From the NCBI GenBank assembly GCA_019637395.1, contig JAHBVR010000009.1, forward strand, positions 266,412-330,411: a stretch of DNA of 64,000 nt. Direction: 5' to 3'. The first letter of the stretch is position 1, and each line of letters opens with the position of its first letter. The position numbers were made by a program, and so were the translations under genes. This stretch comes from Vulcanimicrobiota bacterium (GTDB lineage Bacteria > Vulcanimicrobiota > Xenobia > Xenobiales > JADMJV01). Shown piece after piece: positions 44,989 through 54,695 of this stretch. The notes under the pieces were generated by a model. That model saw only the letters and a list, made by a program, of their open reading frames with translations. It did not search any database and was not told the origin of the DNA.

Positions 44989-47349
44989 ATGAATCAGATC
45001 CAACCCCTCCTAGTCATCCGCAACTCGGTCCTGTTTCCTCACATGGTGACTCCCATCACCGCGTCACGGGGCCGCTCCATCGCGGCCGTCGAGGCGGCTC
45101 TCGAGGGTGATCGCTCGCTGATCGTCGTGACGCAGCGCGATCTCTCGGTGGAAGAGCCGACTCAGGACGACCTCTACACAATCGGCACACGCGTGACCAT
45201 TCAAAAGGCCACCCGCGGTCAGAACGGCTTCCAGGTCGTGCTCCAGGGGGTGGAACGAGTCCGTCTGGTCAAGCTGGAGCCCGGCAAACCCTATCTGCAG
45301 GCCCGCTTTCAGGTTCTTCCCATTCAGGAAGACCGTAGCGCCGTGGTCGAGGCTCTGCATCGCAGCGTGCTTGATCTTTCCGCTCAACTGCTGACCCTGA
45401 TGGGCCAGACGCAACGCCAGGGCGCCAAAGCCGTGCTGGATCAACTGACCTCTCAACTGACCGACCCGATGCAGTTGGCCTACTTCATCGCCGGCTTCAT
45501 GAAGCTGGAACTCGAGAAAGAGCAACAAGTGCTGGAAGCCTCCAGCCGCATGGAGGCTCTTGAGCTGATCCACAAGTTTTTGGCCCACGAGTTGGAAGTC
45601 CAGCAAGTGCGCCAGCGCCTCCATAGCCAGGTTCAAAACGAGATGGGCAAGGAGCAGAAGGACTACTTGCTGCGCCAACAGTTGCGCGCCATCCAGAACG
45701 AGCTGGGCGAAGACGACAGCGATCGGGCTGAACTGCAAATCCTGCGCGAAAAGCTGGACCAGGCGGAACTTCCGGAAGAGGCCCGCAAGGAAGCCGACCG
45801 GGAGCTGAAACGCCTGGAACGACTCAATCCCTCTTCCCCAGACCATTCGCTGACGCGCGGCTATCTGGAGCTGCTCTCGGAGCTGCCCTGGAACAAGACC
45901 ACCGAGGACAACCACGACTTGAAGCGTGCCCGCGGCATACTTGAGGAAGACCACTTCGGACTCAAGACGGTCAAAGAACGCATTCTCGAGCACCTGGCCA
46001 TCATGAAGCTGAACGCTGGCGCCAAGGCGCCCATCGTTCTGCTGGTGGGGCCGCCTGGTGTGGGCAAAACTTCGCTGGGCCAGAGCATCGCTCGAGCCCT
46101 GGATCGAAAGTTCGAGCGCCTTTCCCTGGGCGGTCTGCACGACGAAGCTGAACTGCGCGGCCATCGCCGCACCTACATCGGAGCCTTACCGGGCCGTCTG
46201 ATTCAGGGCCTGCGCCGGGCCGGCGTGAAGAACCCCGTCTTGATGCTGGACGAAGTCGACAAACTGGGCAACAGCTACCGCGGCGACCCCGCCTCGGCCT
46301 TACTCGAGGTGATCGATCCGGCCCAAAACGACAAATTCCGCGACAACTACCTGGACCTGCCTTTTGACCTGTCCAAAGTGCTCTTCATCCTGACCGCCAA
46401 CACCACCGATTCGATCCCGCGACCCCTGCTCGACCGCATGGAAGTGATTCGTCTTAGCGGCTACAGCGAGGAAGAAAAGCATCAGATTGCCCGCCGTTAC
46501 CTGCTGCCGCGCGTCATCAAAGAGGCGGGTCTATCCGAAGATTCGCTGAGCTTGAGCGACGAGACTCTGGCGCATATCATTTCACGCTACACCCGGGAAG
46601 CCGGTGTGCGCGAACTGGAACGAGTGCTGGGCAAGCTGGTGCGCAAACTGGCCTTGCGCTTCGCCGAAGCTGAAGGGCCGAGCGCCATCGAGCTTTCCAC
46701 TGCGGAAGCAGTAGAACTGCTGGGTGCCGAGCGTTTCTTGCCCGAGTCGGCTCGCACGGAAAAACACCCGGGCGTGGCCACCGGCCTGGCCTGGACCGAG
46801 GTGGGCGGCGACGTGCTCTACGTGGAGTCGATCAGCCTGCCTTCGGGCAAGGGGCTGACCTTGACCGGTCAGCTGGGCGACGTCATGAAAGAGTCGGCCC
46901 AGGCGGCCCAGAGCTACGTGCTTTCCAAGGCACGCAGCTTCGGGTTGCCCGACAAGTTGCCGCGCACCGAGGGCGTGCATATTCATGTGCCCGCCGGCGC
47001 CATCCCCAAAGACGGACCTTCCGCCGGCGTCACCATGGCGGTGTCGTTGCTGAGCGCCTACACCGGCATCGCCGCCCGCAAGGATCTGGCCATGACCGGA
47101 GAGATCACCTTGACGGGACTGGTTCTGCCGGTGGGCGGAATCAAGGAGAAGGTGCTGGCCGCTCGGCGCGCCGGCATCAAAACCGTGATTTTACCCAAGG
47201 AGAATGAGCGCGATCTGAAGGAGCTTCCCGATAACGTGAGGGCTGAGATGACCTTTTATCCGGTTGGCCATCTCGACGAAGTTTTCGCGGTAGCGCTGCC
47301 CGACCTGGAAAAGCGCGGGCTGAGCGTAGTGGATATGCGGGCCTCGTAA
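44989..47349 (+). CDS. lon: ATP-dependent Lon protease
   Basis: Walker A GPPGVGKTS, catalytic Ser DGPSAGVT, catalytic Lys GGIKEKVLAARRAGIKTVILP, 786 aa. Confidence 0.95.
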   Translation: MNQIQPLLVIRNSVLFPHMVTPITASRGRSIAAVEAALEGDRSLIVVTQRDLSVEEPTQDDLYTIGTRVTIQKATRGQNGFQVVLQGVERVRLVKLEPGKPYLQARFQVLPIQEDRSAVVEALHRSVLDLSAQLLTLMGQTQRQGAKAVLDQLTSQLTDPMQLAYFIAGFMKLELEKEQQVLEASSRMEALELIHKFLAHELEVQQVRQRLHSQVQNEMGKEQKDYLLRQQLRAIQNELGEDDSDRAELQILREKLDQAELPEEARKEADRELKRLERLNPSSPDHSLTRGYLELLSELPWNKTTEDNHDLKRARGILEEDHFGLKTVKERILEHLAIMKLNAGAKAPIVLLVGPPGVGKTSLGQSIARALDRKFERLSLGGLHDEAELRGHRRTYIGALPGRLIQGLRRAGVKNPVLMLDEVDKLGNSYRGDPASALLEVIDPAQNDKFRDNYLDLPFDLSKVLFILTANTTDSIPRPLLDRMEVIRLSGYSEEEKHQIARRYLLPRVIKEAGLSEDSLSLSDETLAHIISRYTREAGVRELERVLGKLVRKLALRFAEAEGPSAIELSTAEAVELLGAERFLPESARTEKHPGVATGLAWTEVGGDVLYVESISLPSGKGLTLTGQLGDVMKESAQAAQSYVLSKARSFGLPDKLPRTEGVHIHVPAGAIPKDGPSAGVTMAVSLLSAYTGIAARKDLAMTGEITLTGLVLPVGGIKEKVLAARRAGIKTVILPKENERDLKELPDNVRAEMTFYPVGHLDEVFAVALPDLEKRGLSVVDMRAS

Positions 47350-47576
47350 ACTGGCGAGGCGGCCGGTTCGATAACCGGCCGCCTCTTTTTTATGAGATGG
47401 CATACAGGCAGGCCAGCGAGACCAGGAAGTAGACGGCGAACAAAACATAGTCGCGTTCTTCCCAAAAGAGCTCTTCGGCTTCGCTCAAATCCAGAGTTTG
47501 CTTTGTCATGAACCCAGCCTACTGGCTCGGGCTGAAGCTCAAGCCCGAATCGAACTGAACCTTTTCTGAAGCCGGT

Positions 47577-49223
47577 TCAGCGGGATACGACGAAGCCTTG
47601 CACGCGCAAGGCTTCGCCGCATTCCGGATCAGCCGCCAAAACCGCTTTCGCGAGTTGGGCCGCTTCCTGCATGCGGCCCTGGGCGGCCAGCGTGTAAGCC
47701 AGTCCGGAAGCCGCTGAAATGTCGTAGGGTTCGACCTTGAGCGCTCTTTGAAAGAGTTGGCTAGCCCAATCGAAGCGGCGCATGCTCAGGGCGTTGCGGG
47801 CCAGACGCTGCCAGCGAAAAGACTCGCGCCAGGCAGCCTCGGGCTGGAAGCGAAAGATGACTCCGTTCGGACTGCGCGAAACTTCTTGATAAAGCCAGCC
47901 ACGCCGCTGCAGGTGCCTCAGCAACGCCTGGCTATCGGCTTCCTGCAGGCGCTCCACCACCAGTAAAGTCACCTGGCTGTCGCAGATATCCTGCAACCAG
48001 ATCCACTCACGCTCGACGGCCTGCATCTGCTGCACCGAATTCATGGGCAGGTCAGTCCACAACCACCAGCTCTGATCGCGAGCCGAGAGCACCGTTTCGG
48101 ACGTCTGAGTGCGCAGCAGCGCCAGCAGGCCAGCATCTTTGGCGACCGGGATGGCCTGCCAGCCGTCCAGGGCGCTACCCACCAGGTTGACCAGCACCAG
48201 GCTCCAGAAAGCCACCCGGATCAGAGGCCGGCGCACCGCGCCTAACTGAAACCACAAGCCCAATTGCAAAAAAGGCAAGAAAGGCAGCAACAACCGGGGA
48301 TGCGTGAAGGGCCACCCCAACAGCATTCCCACGCCGGCCAGCACCCAGCCCAGCAGCAGCGGACGAGCGCGCATCCCCCACAAGCCGCACAGGCCGAGTG
48401 TGAAGGGAACCAGCCCTGACCAGAGGGGAAGCCAGTCGGGAAGCCAGCGAAAACCAGTCACCATGAGCAGGCCCGCCGTGCAGGGAAAATACTGCAGGTT
48501 CTCACGGAAGGTGAGCCATGGGTGACTCAGGGCCGCATCGGCCTGGTTGTCGTAGCCGGTCAAGACGGTGCGCAGCAGACAGGGCCCGGCCGTCAGCGCG
48601 AATCCCAACAAAAGCGGTGGAAGCATCTGGAAGCAGCGCCAGCGCCACCTCCAGATGGCCTGCAGCACCATCACAGCCAGCAGAAAAACGGCCACCACTC
48701 GAACGATGGTGAGAATCCCCAGGGCCATTCCAAAGTAAAAGAAGCGTCGAAAGGTCGGCTGCTCGACCCGAACCAGTTGGTCCCAAAACCACAGACAGGC
48801 GAAGAAACCGATCAGAAAAGGCTGCTCCGACATGATCTGAGTGGTATGGAAAAGCCAGAAGGGATTGAAGAGAGCCAGCAGAGGGGCCCAGCGCCAGACG
48901 CCGGGCAGTTCCTCGGCCAGACGCCGAGCGTAGGCCATCATGGCCCAGGCGGCCAACCCCGCAAAAACCAGACCCTGCAAGCGGCAAACGTCGTAGTTAT
49001 GCGGCCAGATCCACTGCAAAGGCAGCAGTAGCAAGGGGTAGCCGGGAGGAAAGCGCTGGTGCGGGGGATGCCCCACGAAGGCCAGGTCCAGATAGGGCTG
49101 GCCCTGACTCAGCGAGCGTGCCAGGGCCAGGTAGGAAGTGTCGTCGTTAGTGTCGCCGGGAGTGTAGGTATTCCAAGAGCCCAAGGCCAGCAGCCAAAAG
49201 AGCAGCGGCCAAAAGCGCAGCAC
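47577..49223 (-). CDS. GT39/ArnT-PMT-like polytopic glycosyltransferase-family membrane protein with C-terminal TPR repeats
   Basis: About 11 TM segments, DDTSYLALARSL loop motif near the N-terminus, C-terminal TPR (AYTLAAQGRMQEAAQLAKAVLAADPE). Confidence 0.45.
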   Translation of the reverse strand: MLRFWPLLFWLLALGSWNTYTPGDTNDDTSYLALARSLSQGQPYLDLAFVGHPPHQRFPPGYPLLLLPLQWIWPHNYDVCRLQGLVFAGLAAWAMMAYARRLAEELPGVWRWAPLLALFNPFWLFHTTQIMSEQPFLIGFFACLWFWDQLVRVEQPTFRRFFYFGMALGILTIVRVVAVFLLAVMVLQAIWRWRWRCFQMLPPLLLGFALTAGPCLLRTVLTGYDNQADAALSHPWLTFRENLQYFPCTAGLLMVTGFRWLPDWLPLWSGLVPFTLGLCGLWGMRARPLLLGWVLAGVGMLLGWPFTHPRLLLPFLPFLQLGLWFQLGAVRRPLIRVAFWSLVLVNLVGSALDGWQAIPVAKDAGLLALLRTQTSETVLSARDQSWWLWTDLPMNSVQQMQAVEREWIWLQDICDSQVTLLVVERLQEADSQALLRHLQRRGWLYQEVSRSPNGVIFRFQPEAAWRESFRWQRLARNALSMRRFDWASQLFQRALKVEPYDISAASGLAYTLAAQGRMQEAAQLAKAVLAADPECGEALRVQGFVVSR

Positions 49224-51059
49224 CTAGACCAGGCCGAGCACTTCTACATCGGCAAAGTTGTCCATGACGCGCCGGCTGCGCGCCTGCTTCAAGCACTCCA
49301 GCGCGCGGGCCAGCGGCACCGTCTGCTGTTCCTTGACGCAGTAGCGCCTCCAGGTCACTTCTTGCTGTTCCTGCTCACGTTCACCCACGATAAAGATGTT
49401 GGGCGTTTTGGAGGTGGCGGCGTTGCGGATCTTCTTGTTGAATGAATCGCTGCCCAGATCGGCCTCGGCCCGGAAGCCCAATTTGAAGAGCTCCTGAGCT
49501 ACCTTTTGGGCGTAGTCCCCGAAGTTCTCGACATGAACCGGCACCACCACTACCTGGCGGGGAGCCATCCAGGTGGGGAAAGCCCCTTTGAAATGCTCGA
49601 TCAGGAAGGCCAGGAAGCGTTCGTGGGTTCCCAGCGGGGCGCGATGGATGCAGTAAGGAACGTGTTCCTGTCCGTCGGTTCCCACGTAGGTCAGGTTAAA
49701 GCGGGCCGGTACGGCAAAATCCAACTGATTGGTGGAGGCGGTTTCCTCGCGGCCCACCACGTTGCGCACCTGGAAGTCCACTTTGGGCCCGTAGAAGGCG
49801 GCTTCGTCCTCGCCAATCTGATAGTCAATGCCAATCTCGTCGAGAATGCCCTTGATGACGGCTTCCGATTTGATCCAGTCTTCCGGCATGTTGACGTATT
49901 TGTCTCCCAGCCGCTCGGGGGTGTGGGTGGACAGGCGCATCCAGAAATGGGAGAGACGGAACATTTCGTAGTAGCGCTTGTGCAGGTCGAGCACTTTGGT
50001 GAATTCGTCCTTGAGCTGTTCGGGGGTGCAGTAGATGTGGGCGTCGTTCATGCACATGCCGCGCACCCGCAGCAGACCGGCCAGCGAGCCGGAACCCTCG
50101 TAACGATAGACCTGCCCATACTCGGCCAGGCGAATCGGCATCTCACGGTAAGAGCGCGGCCGGTTGCCGAAAATCAGGTGGTGAAACGGGCAGTTCATGG
50201 GCTTGAGGTAATATTCGCGGTTCTCGTCGACGACCATGGCCGGGAACATGCCTTCTTTATAGTGGGCCAGGTGGCCCGAGGTTTCAAAGAGCTTACCGTC
50301 GGTCACATGAGGCGTGGCCACCCGCTGGTAGCCATCGGCGAATTCCCACTCCTTGGCCAGATTCTCGAGCTCATCGCGCAGCACGGTGCCGTTGGGCATC
50401 CACAAGGGCAAGCCGGGTCCGACATGATCGGAGATCATAAAGATCTCCAGCTCTTTGCCCAACTTGCGGTGGTCGTATTTTTTAGCTTCCTCGCGCAGGC
50501 GCACGAACTCTTTGAGTTCGGCCTTGGTGTCGAAGGCCAGGCCGTAGATGCGGGTCAACTGTTCGCGCTTCTCATCGCCGCGCCAGTAGGCTCCGGCCAG
50601 GCTATCGAGTTGGAAACAGTCGGCGGGAATCTGGCCGGTATGTTCCACATGCGGTCCGGCGCACATGTCCTCGAAAGGACCATTACGGTAGAAGCTGAGG
50701 CTTTCGCCACGCGAAGCCAGGTCCTGGCAATATTCCGCTTTCAGATTCTCGCCCTGCTCGTTGAGCATAGCCACCGCCTCGGCGGCCGTCATTTCGCGGC
50801 GTTCGAAAGGCTGCTTCTCGTTGATGATCTTGCGCATCTCTTTTTCGATAGCGCCAAAATCCTCATCGCTGATCGGCTCGGCAAAGTGGAAATCGTAATA
50901 AAACCCGTTTTCCACCGGTGGGCCGAAGCCCAACCTGGTGCCGGGCCGCACTTTCTGCACCGCCTGCGCCAAAATGTGGGCCAGCGAGTGACGCCGCTTG
51001 TAGAGCGGGTCGTTCTCCTTGCCCTCAAAATCCAGCCCCGCATACGCCTTCTTGGCCAT
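49224..51059 (-). CDS. thrS: Threonine--tRNA ligase, short form lacking N-terminal TGS domain
   Basis: RRHSLAHIL, FYYDF, class II motifs, RDHRKLGKELEIF, 611 aa. Confidence 0.9.
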   Translation of the reverse strand: MAKKAYAGLDFEGKENDPLYKRRHSLAHILAQAVQKVRPGTRLGFGPPVENGFYYDFHFAEPISDEDFGAIEKEMRKIINEKQPFERREMTAAEAVAMLNEQGENLKAEYCQDLASRGESLSFYRNGPFEDMCAGPHVEHTGQIPADCFQLDSLAGAYWRGDEKREQLTRIYGLAFDTKAELKEFVRLREEAKKYDHRKLGKELEIFMISDHVGPGLPLWMPNGTVLRDELENLAKEWEFADGYQRVATPHVTDGKLFETSGHLAHYKEGMFPAMVVDENREYYLKPMNCPFHHLIFGNRPRSYREMPIRLAEYGQVYRYEGSGSLAGLLRVRGMCMNDAHIYCTPEQLKDEFTKVLDLHKRYYEMFRLSHFWMRLSTHTPERLGDKYVNMPEDWIKSEAVIKGILDEIGIDYQIGEDEAAFYGPKVDFQVRNVVGREETASTNQLDFAVPARFNLTYVGTDGQEHVPYCIHRAPLGTHERFLAFLIEHFKGAFPTWMAPRQVVVVPVHVENFGDYAQKVAQELFKLGFRAEADLGSDSFNKKIRNAATSKTPNIFIVGEREQEQQEVTWRRYCVKEQQTVPLARALECLKQARSRRVMDNFADVEVLGLV

Positions 51060-51061
51060 GA

Positions 51062-51373
51062 TTAGTCCTCTTCGATTGGTTGATTGAGCTTGTAGTAGCG
51101 GTCCGAGTCCATCATGGATGGATAGTGGACCAGCGCCATATTGATCAACACTTCATACTCCAGCAGAATTTTCGTCAAGGAGGCGTGCTGCTCGTCGTTC
51201 AGCTGGGGTTCGAGTTTCTCGAGCATGCCGATGATACAGTTCTCCTGCTCCAGGATCTCGGCCGCCGTGATCTGCCCGTCGGCGATGTAGCGCTGCCAAC
51301 GAGGATGCCCTTCGATAAAGTCGTCGCGCAACAGGTCGATGCCCTGCCCGTCAAACCAAGGATCTCTAGCCAT
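51062..51373 (-). CDS. Hypothetical 103-aa protein immediately upstream of thrS
   Basis: ORF ends 3 nt before the thrS start. Acidic. No family recognised. Confidence 0.4.
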   Translation of the reverse strand: MARDPWFDGQGIDLLRDDFIEGHPRWQRYIADGQITAAEILEQENCIIGMLEKLEPQLNDEQHASLTKILLEYEVLINMALVHYPSMMDSDRYYKLNQPIEED

Positions 51374-52070
51374 GAGAACTTCCCTCCTTCACAGAGGGGG
51401 GGAAGTTCTGCGCCAGGGAAGGAGGGCCTGCCTGCAGCCGAAAGTCATGCGAGTGAGACCCACGCTGCGCATCACCTTGATGGCCCTGCTGGCAGCCTTG
51501 TCAGGAGCTCTTGGACTGGTGACGCCCACCATCGCCGGTAGCCGCCTGCTCAAGTTCAATGGCTTCCCCATCGTACTTTCCGGCTTCTTGCTGGGGCCTA
51601 TCGGTGGTTTCTGGTGCGGTGCCCTGGCGGACATCGTGGCTTTTATGCTCAAACCCGGCGGCGCCTACAACCCGTTTTTTACAGTGACTTCGGGCCTTAC
51701 CGGCATGATGCCGGTTCTACTCTATCAGGAGCTGGCGCCGCGACGAGAGGGCAAGCTGCTGCTCGATCCTTGGATGTTACTGGTGTCTATAGGTCTGGCA
51801 CAGGTTGGGATCAAGGTTCTCCTGGTGTCGCCTATGCTTGCAGTCTGGTCCGGGCTGCCGGTAAAGGCTCTGGCGCTTCACGCAACTGTGGAGCAGGTCG
51901 TTCACACTCCCCTTTATGCTTACGCGGTCTGGGTGGTGGTGCGGCGCGTCGTGCTTCGAAGTCGGCCTGAGTCCCAGGCCAGCGCTCTACCCTGGGTAGA
52001 CGAGCTGAAACAAATGCCAGAACTTCAATTCGATCCGGGGATAAGCCCCACGGGATCCCAGGAGTTATGA
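51339..52070 (+). CDS. Polytopic membrane protein, possibly ECF-transporter S-component-like (probable start near 51447, MRVRPTL)
   Basis: Small about-200-aa five-to-six-helix membrane protein with Gly-rich helices (FPIVLSGFLLGPIGGFWCGALADIVAF). Confidence 0.45.
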   Translation: MPCPSNQGSLAMRTSLLHRGGEVLRQGRRACLQPKVMRVRPTLRITLMALLAALSGALGLVTPTIAGSRLLKFNGFPIVLSGFLLGPIGGFWCGALADIVAFMLKPGGAYNPFFTVTSGLTGMMPVLLYQELAPRREGKLLLDPWMLLVSIGLAQVGIKVLLVSPMLAVWSGLPVKALALHATVEQVVHTPLYAYAVWVVVRRVVLRSRPESQASALPWVDELKQMPELQFDPGISPTGSQEL

Positions 52071-52075
52071 TTCCC
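51783..52075. repeat. Copy 1 of about 295-bp segmental duplication (3' end of the membrane-protein gene)
   Basis: About 80% identical to 52196..52494 (e.g. tctataggtctggcacaggttgggatcaaggttctcctggtgtcgcc vs tctatagatctgggacaggcggggctaagggttcctctggtgtcgcc). Confidence 0.8.
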
Positions 52076-52195
52076 TACTTGAGGGGTGTAGGGTGGCTGG
52101 CTCCGGGTCAGATTGGACAAACTGACCGTAGTATAGGTAACTCCCATCGCTTTCTCCCTGATGAATTCAAGACGAGCATATCACGGCGCACCCCG

Positions 52196-52494
52196 CGCGA
52201 TCTATAGATCTGGGACAGGCGGGGCTAAGGGTTCCTCTGGTGTCGCCTTGGCTTGCAGTCTGATGCGGGCTCCCGGTAGAGGCTTGGGCGCTTCCCGCAG
52301 TTGTGGAGCAGGCCGCTCATACTCCTCCCTGTCCTCTCTGGGCTTACGCGGTCTGGGTGGTGCTGCGGCGCGTCGCGCTTCGAGCTCGGCCGGAGTCTCG
52401 CGCAAGCGCTCTACGCTGGGCAGACGACGTAAACCAAAAGCCAGAGCCTCCAGACGATCCAGGGATAAGCCCTTCAGACCCCCGGGAGTGGTAA
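52196..52494. repeat. Copy 2 of the segmental duplication. Encodes a C-terminal gene fragment on the + strand and overlaps the 3' tail of the URO-D-like gene on the - strand
   Basis: Plus-strand ORF 52303..52494 translates to HTPPCPLWAYAVWVVLRRVALRARPESRASAL, paralogous to the C-terminus of the 51339..52070 protein. Confidence 0.8.
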
Positions 52495-53347
52495 GGACCA
52501 GGGGACGGGTGGTGATCTCTCCCAGGTGCTGGCGCAGACTGCCGCGCAGCCAGGCGGGAGAAGCCTCGCTCCAGCCCTCGGGGTCCAGACCGCCCCAAAC
52601 AAAGCCGGACCAGCGCATGGCGCCGCGAGCCAGGTTGGGGCCGGCCGCCACCGGCCAGCCCAGGCCCTGGCAGGGCAGCTTGAGCTCTTCCCAAAAGATC
52701 CGCCGTCCCAGGAACTGGACCACGCTCCAGGCCGGTTTGCAGCCCTCGATCAAGCTGAGCAGCGAGGCCAACAGCTTCTCTTTATAGACGGCCGGCTCCA
52801 TGAACTCGTGGCTGGCGGCCGTCTCTTCCAAGATGATGCCCTGCACGCCCGCTTCCACCGCCAGTTTGATGAAGCTGGCCAGCGACCTGGCCAGATTCTC
52901 GATGGCCTGCTGGAAAAAGCCGCCGCCCTCGCGCAAAGCTTCCAGAGTGAGCTTATGCCCGGCCAGTTTTTGCAGTTGCAGAAACGGGCTGGGCACCACC
53001 GCCACCACCGGGCGCTTGCCAAAGTAAGCCCGGCAGGTGGTGCGAATGGCGTCCTGCTGCTGACTCCAGGCTCCGTGGCGGCCGTGCACCGGCCCGATCT
53101 TGGCCAGATCCGAGGGGCGATCCAGGGAGACGTTGGAATCCAGCGTATAACCAAAACAAGCAGGCACAACCACGACATCCGTCTCAGTGCGTTCCACAAA
53201 GGCCTGCACCGCCTGAGCCAGCACGTCGCCGCCCAGAAGTTCCAGATCGTAACTGGGATAGAGACAGAAAGCCGGCCGGTCGACCGGCTCCCCCTTGAGA
53301 ACTCGCTCGATTCGATCCAGTGGTTTTAAATTGGGGACTCTGTCCAC
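52202..53347 (-). CDS. Uroporphyrinogen-decarboxylase (URO-D/MtaA) family protein with Pro/Arg-rich C-terminal tail
   Basis: N-terminal LKGEPVDRPAF and TIM-barrel-like body. The last roughly 95 aa are low-complexity and encoded antisense to duplication copy 2. Confidence 0.45.
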   Translation of the reverse strand: MDRVPNLKPLDRIERVLKGEPVDRPAFCLYPSYDLELLGGDVLAQAVQAFVERTETDVVVVPACFGYTLDSNVSLDRPSDLAKIGPVHGRHGAWSQQQDAIRTTCRAYFGKRPVVAVVPSPFLQLQKLAGHKLTLEALREGGGFFQQAIENLARSLASFIKLAVEAGVQGIILEETAASHEFMEPAVYKEKLLASLLSLIEGCKPAWSVVQFLGRRIFWEELKLPCQGLGWPVAAGPNLARGAMRWSGFVWGGLDPEGWSEASPAWLRGSLRQHLGEITTRPLVLTTPGGLKGLSLDRLEALAFGLRRLPSVERLRETPAELEARRAAAPPRPRKPREDREEYERPAPQLREAPKPLPGARIRLQAKATPEEPLAPPVPDL

Positions 53348-53348
53348 C

Positions 53349-54689
53349 TTAGCCGGCTCCGTGGCACTTCTTGAACTTTTTGCCGCTACCGCAAGGGCAG
53401 GGCTCGTTGCGGCCCAGTTTCTGGCTCAGGTATGGGTTGGTGCAGTCCAGCGACTGCTTGAAAGCCGGGTTGTTAGGCTCTTTGCTCACGGCCCGGCGGA
53501 AGGCGTGGCCGGCGGCCTGAGCATCGCCGTTGACCTTGAAGAGCCAGCCCAGCACGGCATAAGGATAACCCTGCTCTTTGTCCAGCTCGATGGCTTTCTG
53601 AGCCAGTTGCTGAGCTTCTTCCTTGTGGCCGCGCAGGTGGGCCACAATGGCGCTATTCAAGAAAGTGACGCCCAACTTGTGGCCATCCTCGGCCACCACG
53701 AAGCGGCCGACTTCTTTCGCTTCCGGGGGCAGCGCACAGACCAGCACCGCCTTGCCCACGGGATACTGCGCAAAACAGGCGGCCGCTTTATCCAGATACT
53801 CCTGGGCCGAATCCAACTGGTTATCGAGGATGTCGATGACCCCCAGGTTCAGGTAGAGCAGGCCGATATTGTCGTCTTCGACCTTACGGGCCTGGCAGTC
53901 TTCCACGCCCTTTTTCAGATTCTGGCGGGCCGGTTCCAGTTGCTCTTCCATCAACTGCAGGAAACCCAGGTTGTTGAAGACCAGGAAGTGGTTGGCGTCA
54001 TTCTGAGCCAGATGGGCTTCGTAGTCGGCGATGGCGGCGGCCCGGCCTTTGTGCCGGTAGATGAGCAAGGACAGGTTGGTGACGCAGGTGGCCACTCCTT
54101 CGGTGTCACCCTGTTCGGAGAACATCTTGCGAGCGGTCGCGAAGTCCTGGGCCGCCTGGGTGGTGTGGCCAAGATCGATGCGCACCCCGCCCAGGTTACG
54201 GAAGCCACGGGCGATACCGGCCTGATCTTCCAATCTGCTGTAGAGCTTATGAGCGCGCTCATAGAGCGCCTCGCCCTGGCGGAATTCGCCGCGCTGGTGA
54301 TGAGCACCGCCCAATTCTTCGAGGTTGCGGGCCTGCGCGCCCAAATCGCCGGCGCCTTCGGCCAGGCGCAAACTACGGCTCAGAAAATTGATGGCTTCAG
54401 CCGGCTTCTCCAGGCCGTTGAGGCAGACGCCCATCTGATAGAGCATTTCCTCCTGCTCACCCGGAGTGGCCTCCCCCGATTCGGCCCGGATGGCCTGGAG
54501 CATGTCCCAGGCGCCGCGGAAATCTTTCTGCATGATGTGAGCCTTGGAGGCCTGAAGTTTTTCGCCCAGGGGGGAGAGGGTCGCTTGCTCGGACATTGGT
54601 CTATTCCTATCTCGTAATGCTCCTCGCGTTTTGCCCAAACCATGCGGGATTAAACGTCCCCAGGGGAGCTTTCGCCGGGGCGCGAACAC
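53349..54689 (-). CDS. TPR-repeat protein with C-terminal SEC-C zinc-binding motif
   Basis: Multiple TPRs. C-terminus NEPCPCGSGKKFKKCHG. Confidence 0.7.
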   Translation of the reverse strand: MFAPRRKLPWGRLIPHGLGKTRGALRDRNRPMSEQATLSPLGEKLQASKAHIMQKDFRGAWDMLQAIRAESGEATPGEQEEMLYQMGVCLNGLEKPAEAINFLSRSLRLAEGAGDLGAQARNLEELGGAHHQRGEFRQGEALYERAHKLYSRLEDQAGIARGFRNLGGVRIDLGHTTQAAQDFATARKMFSEQGDTEGVATCVTNLSLLIYRHKGRAAAIADYEAHLAQNDANHFLVFNNLGFLQLMEEQLEPARQNLKKGVEDCQARKVEDDNIGLLYLNLGVIDILDNQLDSAQEYLDKAAACFAQYPVGKAVLVCALPPEAKEVGRFVVAEDGHKLGVTFLNSAIVAHLRGHKEEAQQLAQKAIELDKEQGYPYAVLGWLFKVNGDAQAAGHAFRRAVSKEPNNPAFKQSLDCTNPYLSQKLGRNEPCPCGSGKKFKKCHGAG

Positions 54690-54695
54690 TACAGG

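Noticed and set aside
45064-46164. 366-aa minus ORF antisense to lon
   Set aside because: Antisense artefact
49506-51065. 519-aa plus ORF antisense to thrS
   Set aside because: Antisense artefact. ThrRS motifs define the minus-strand frame
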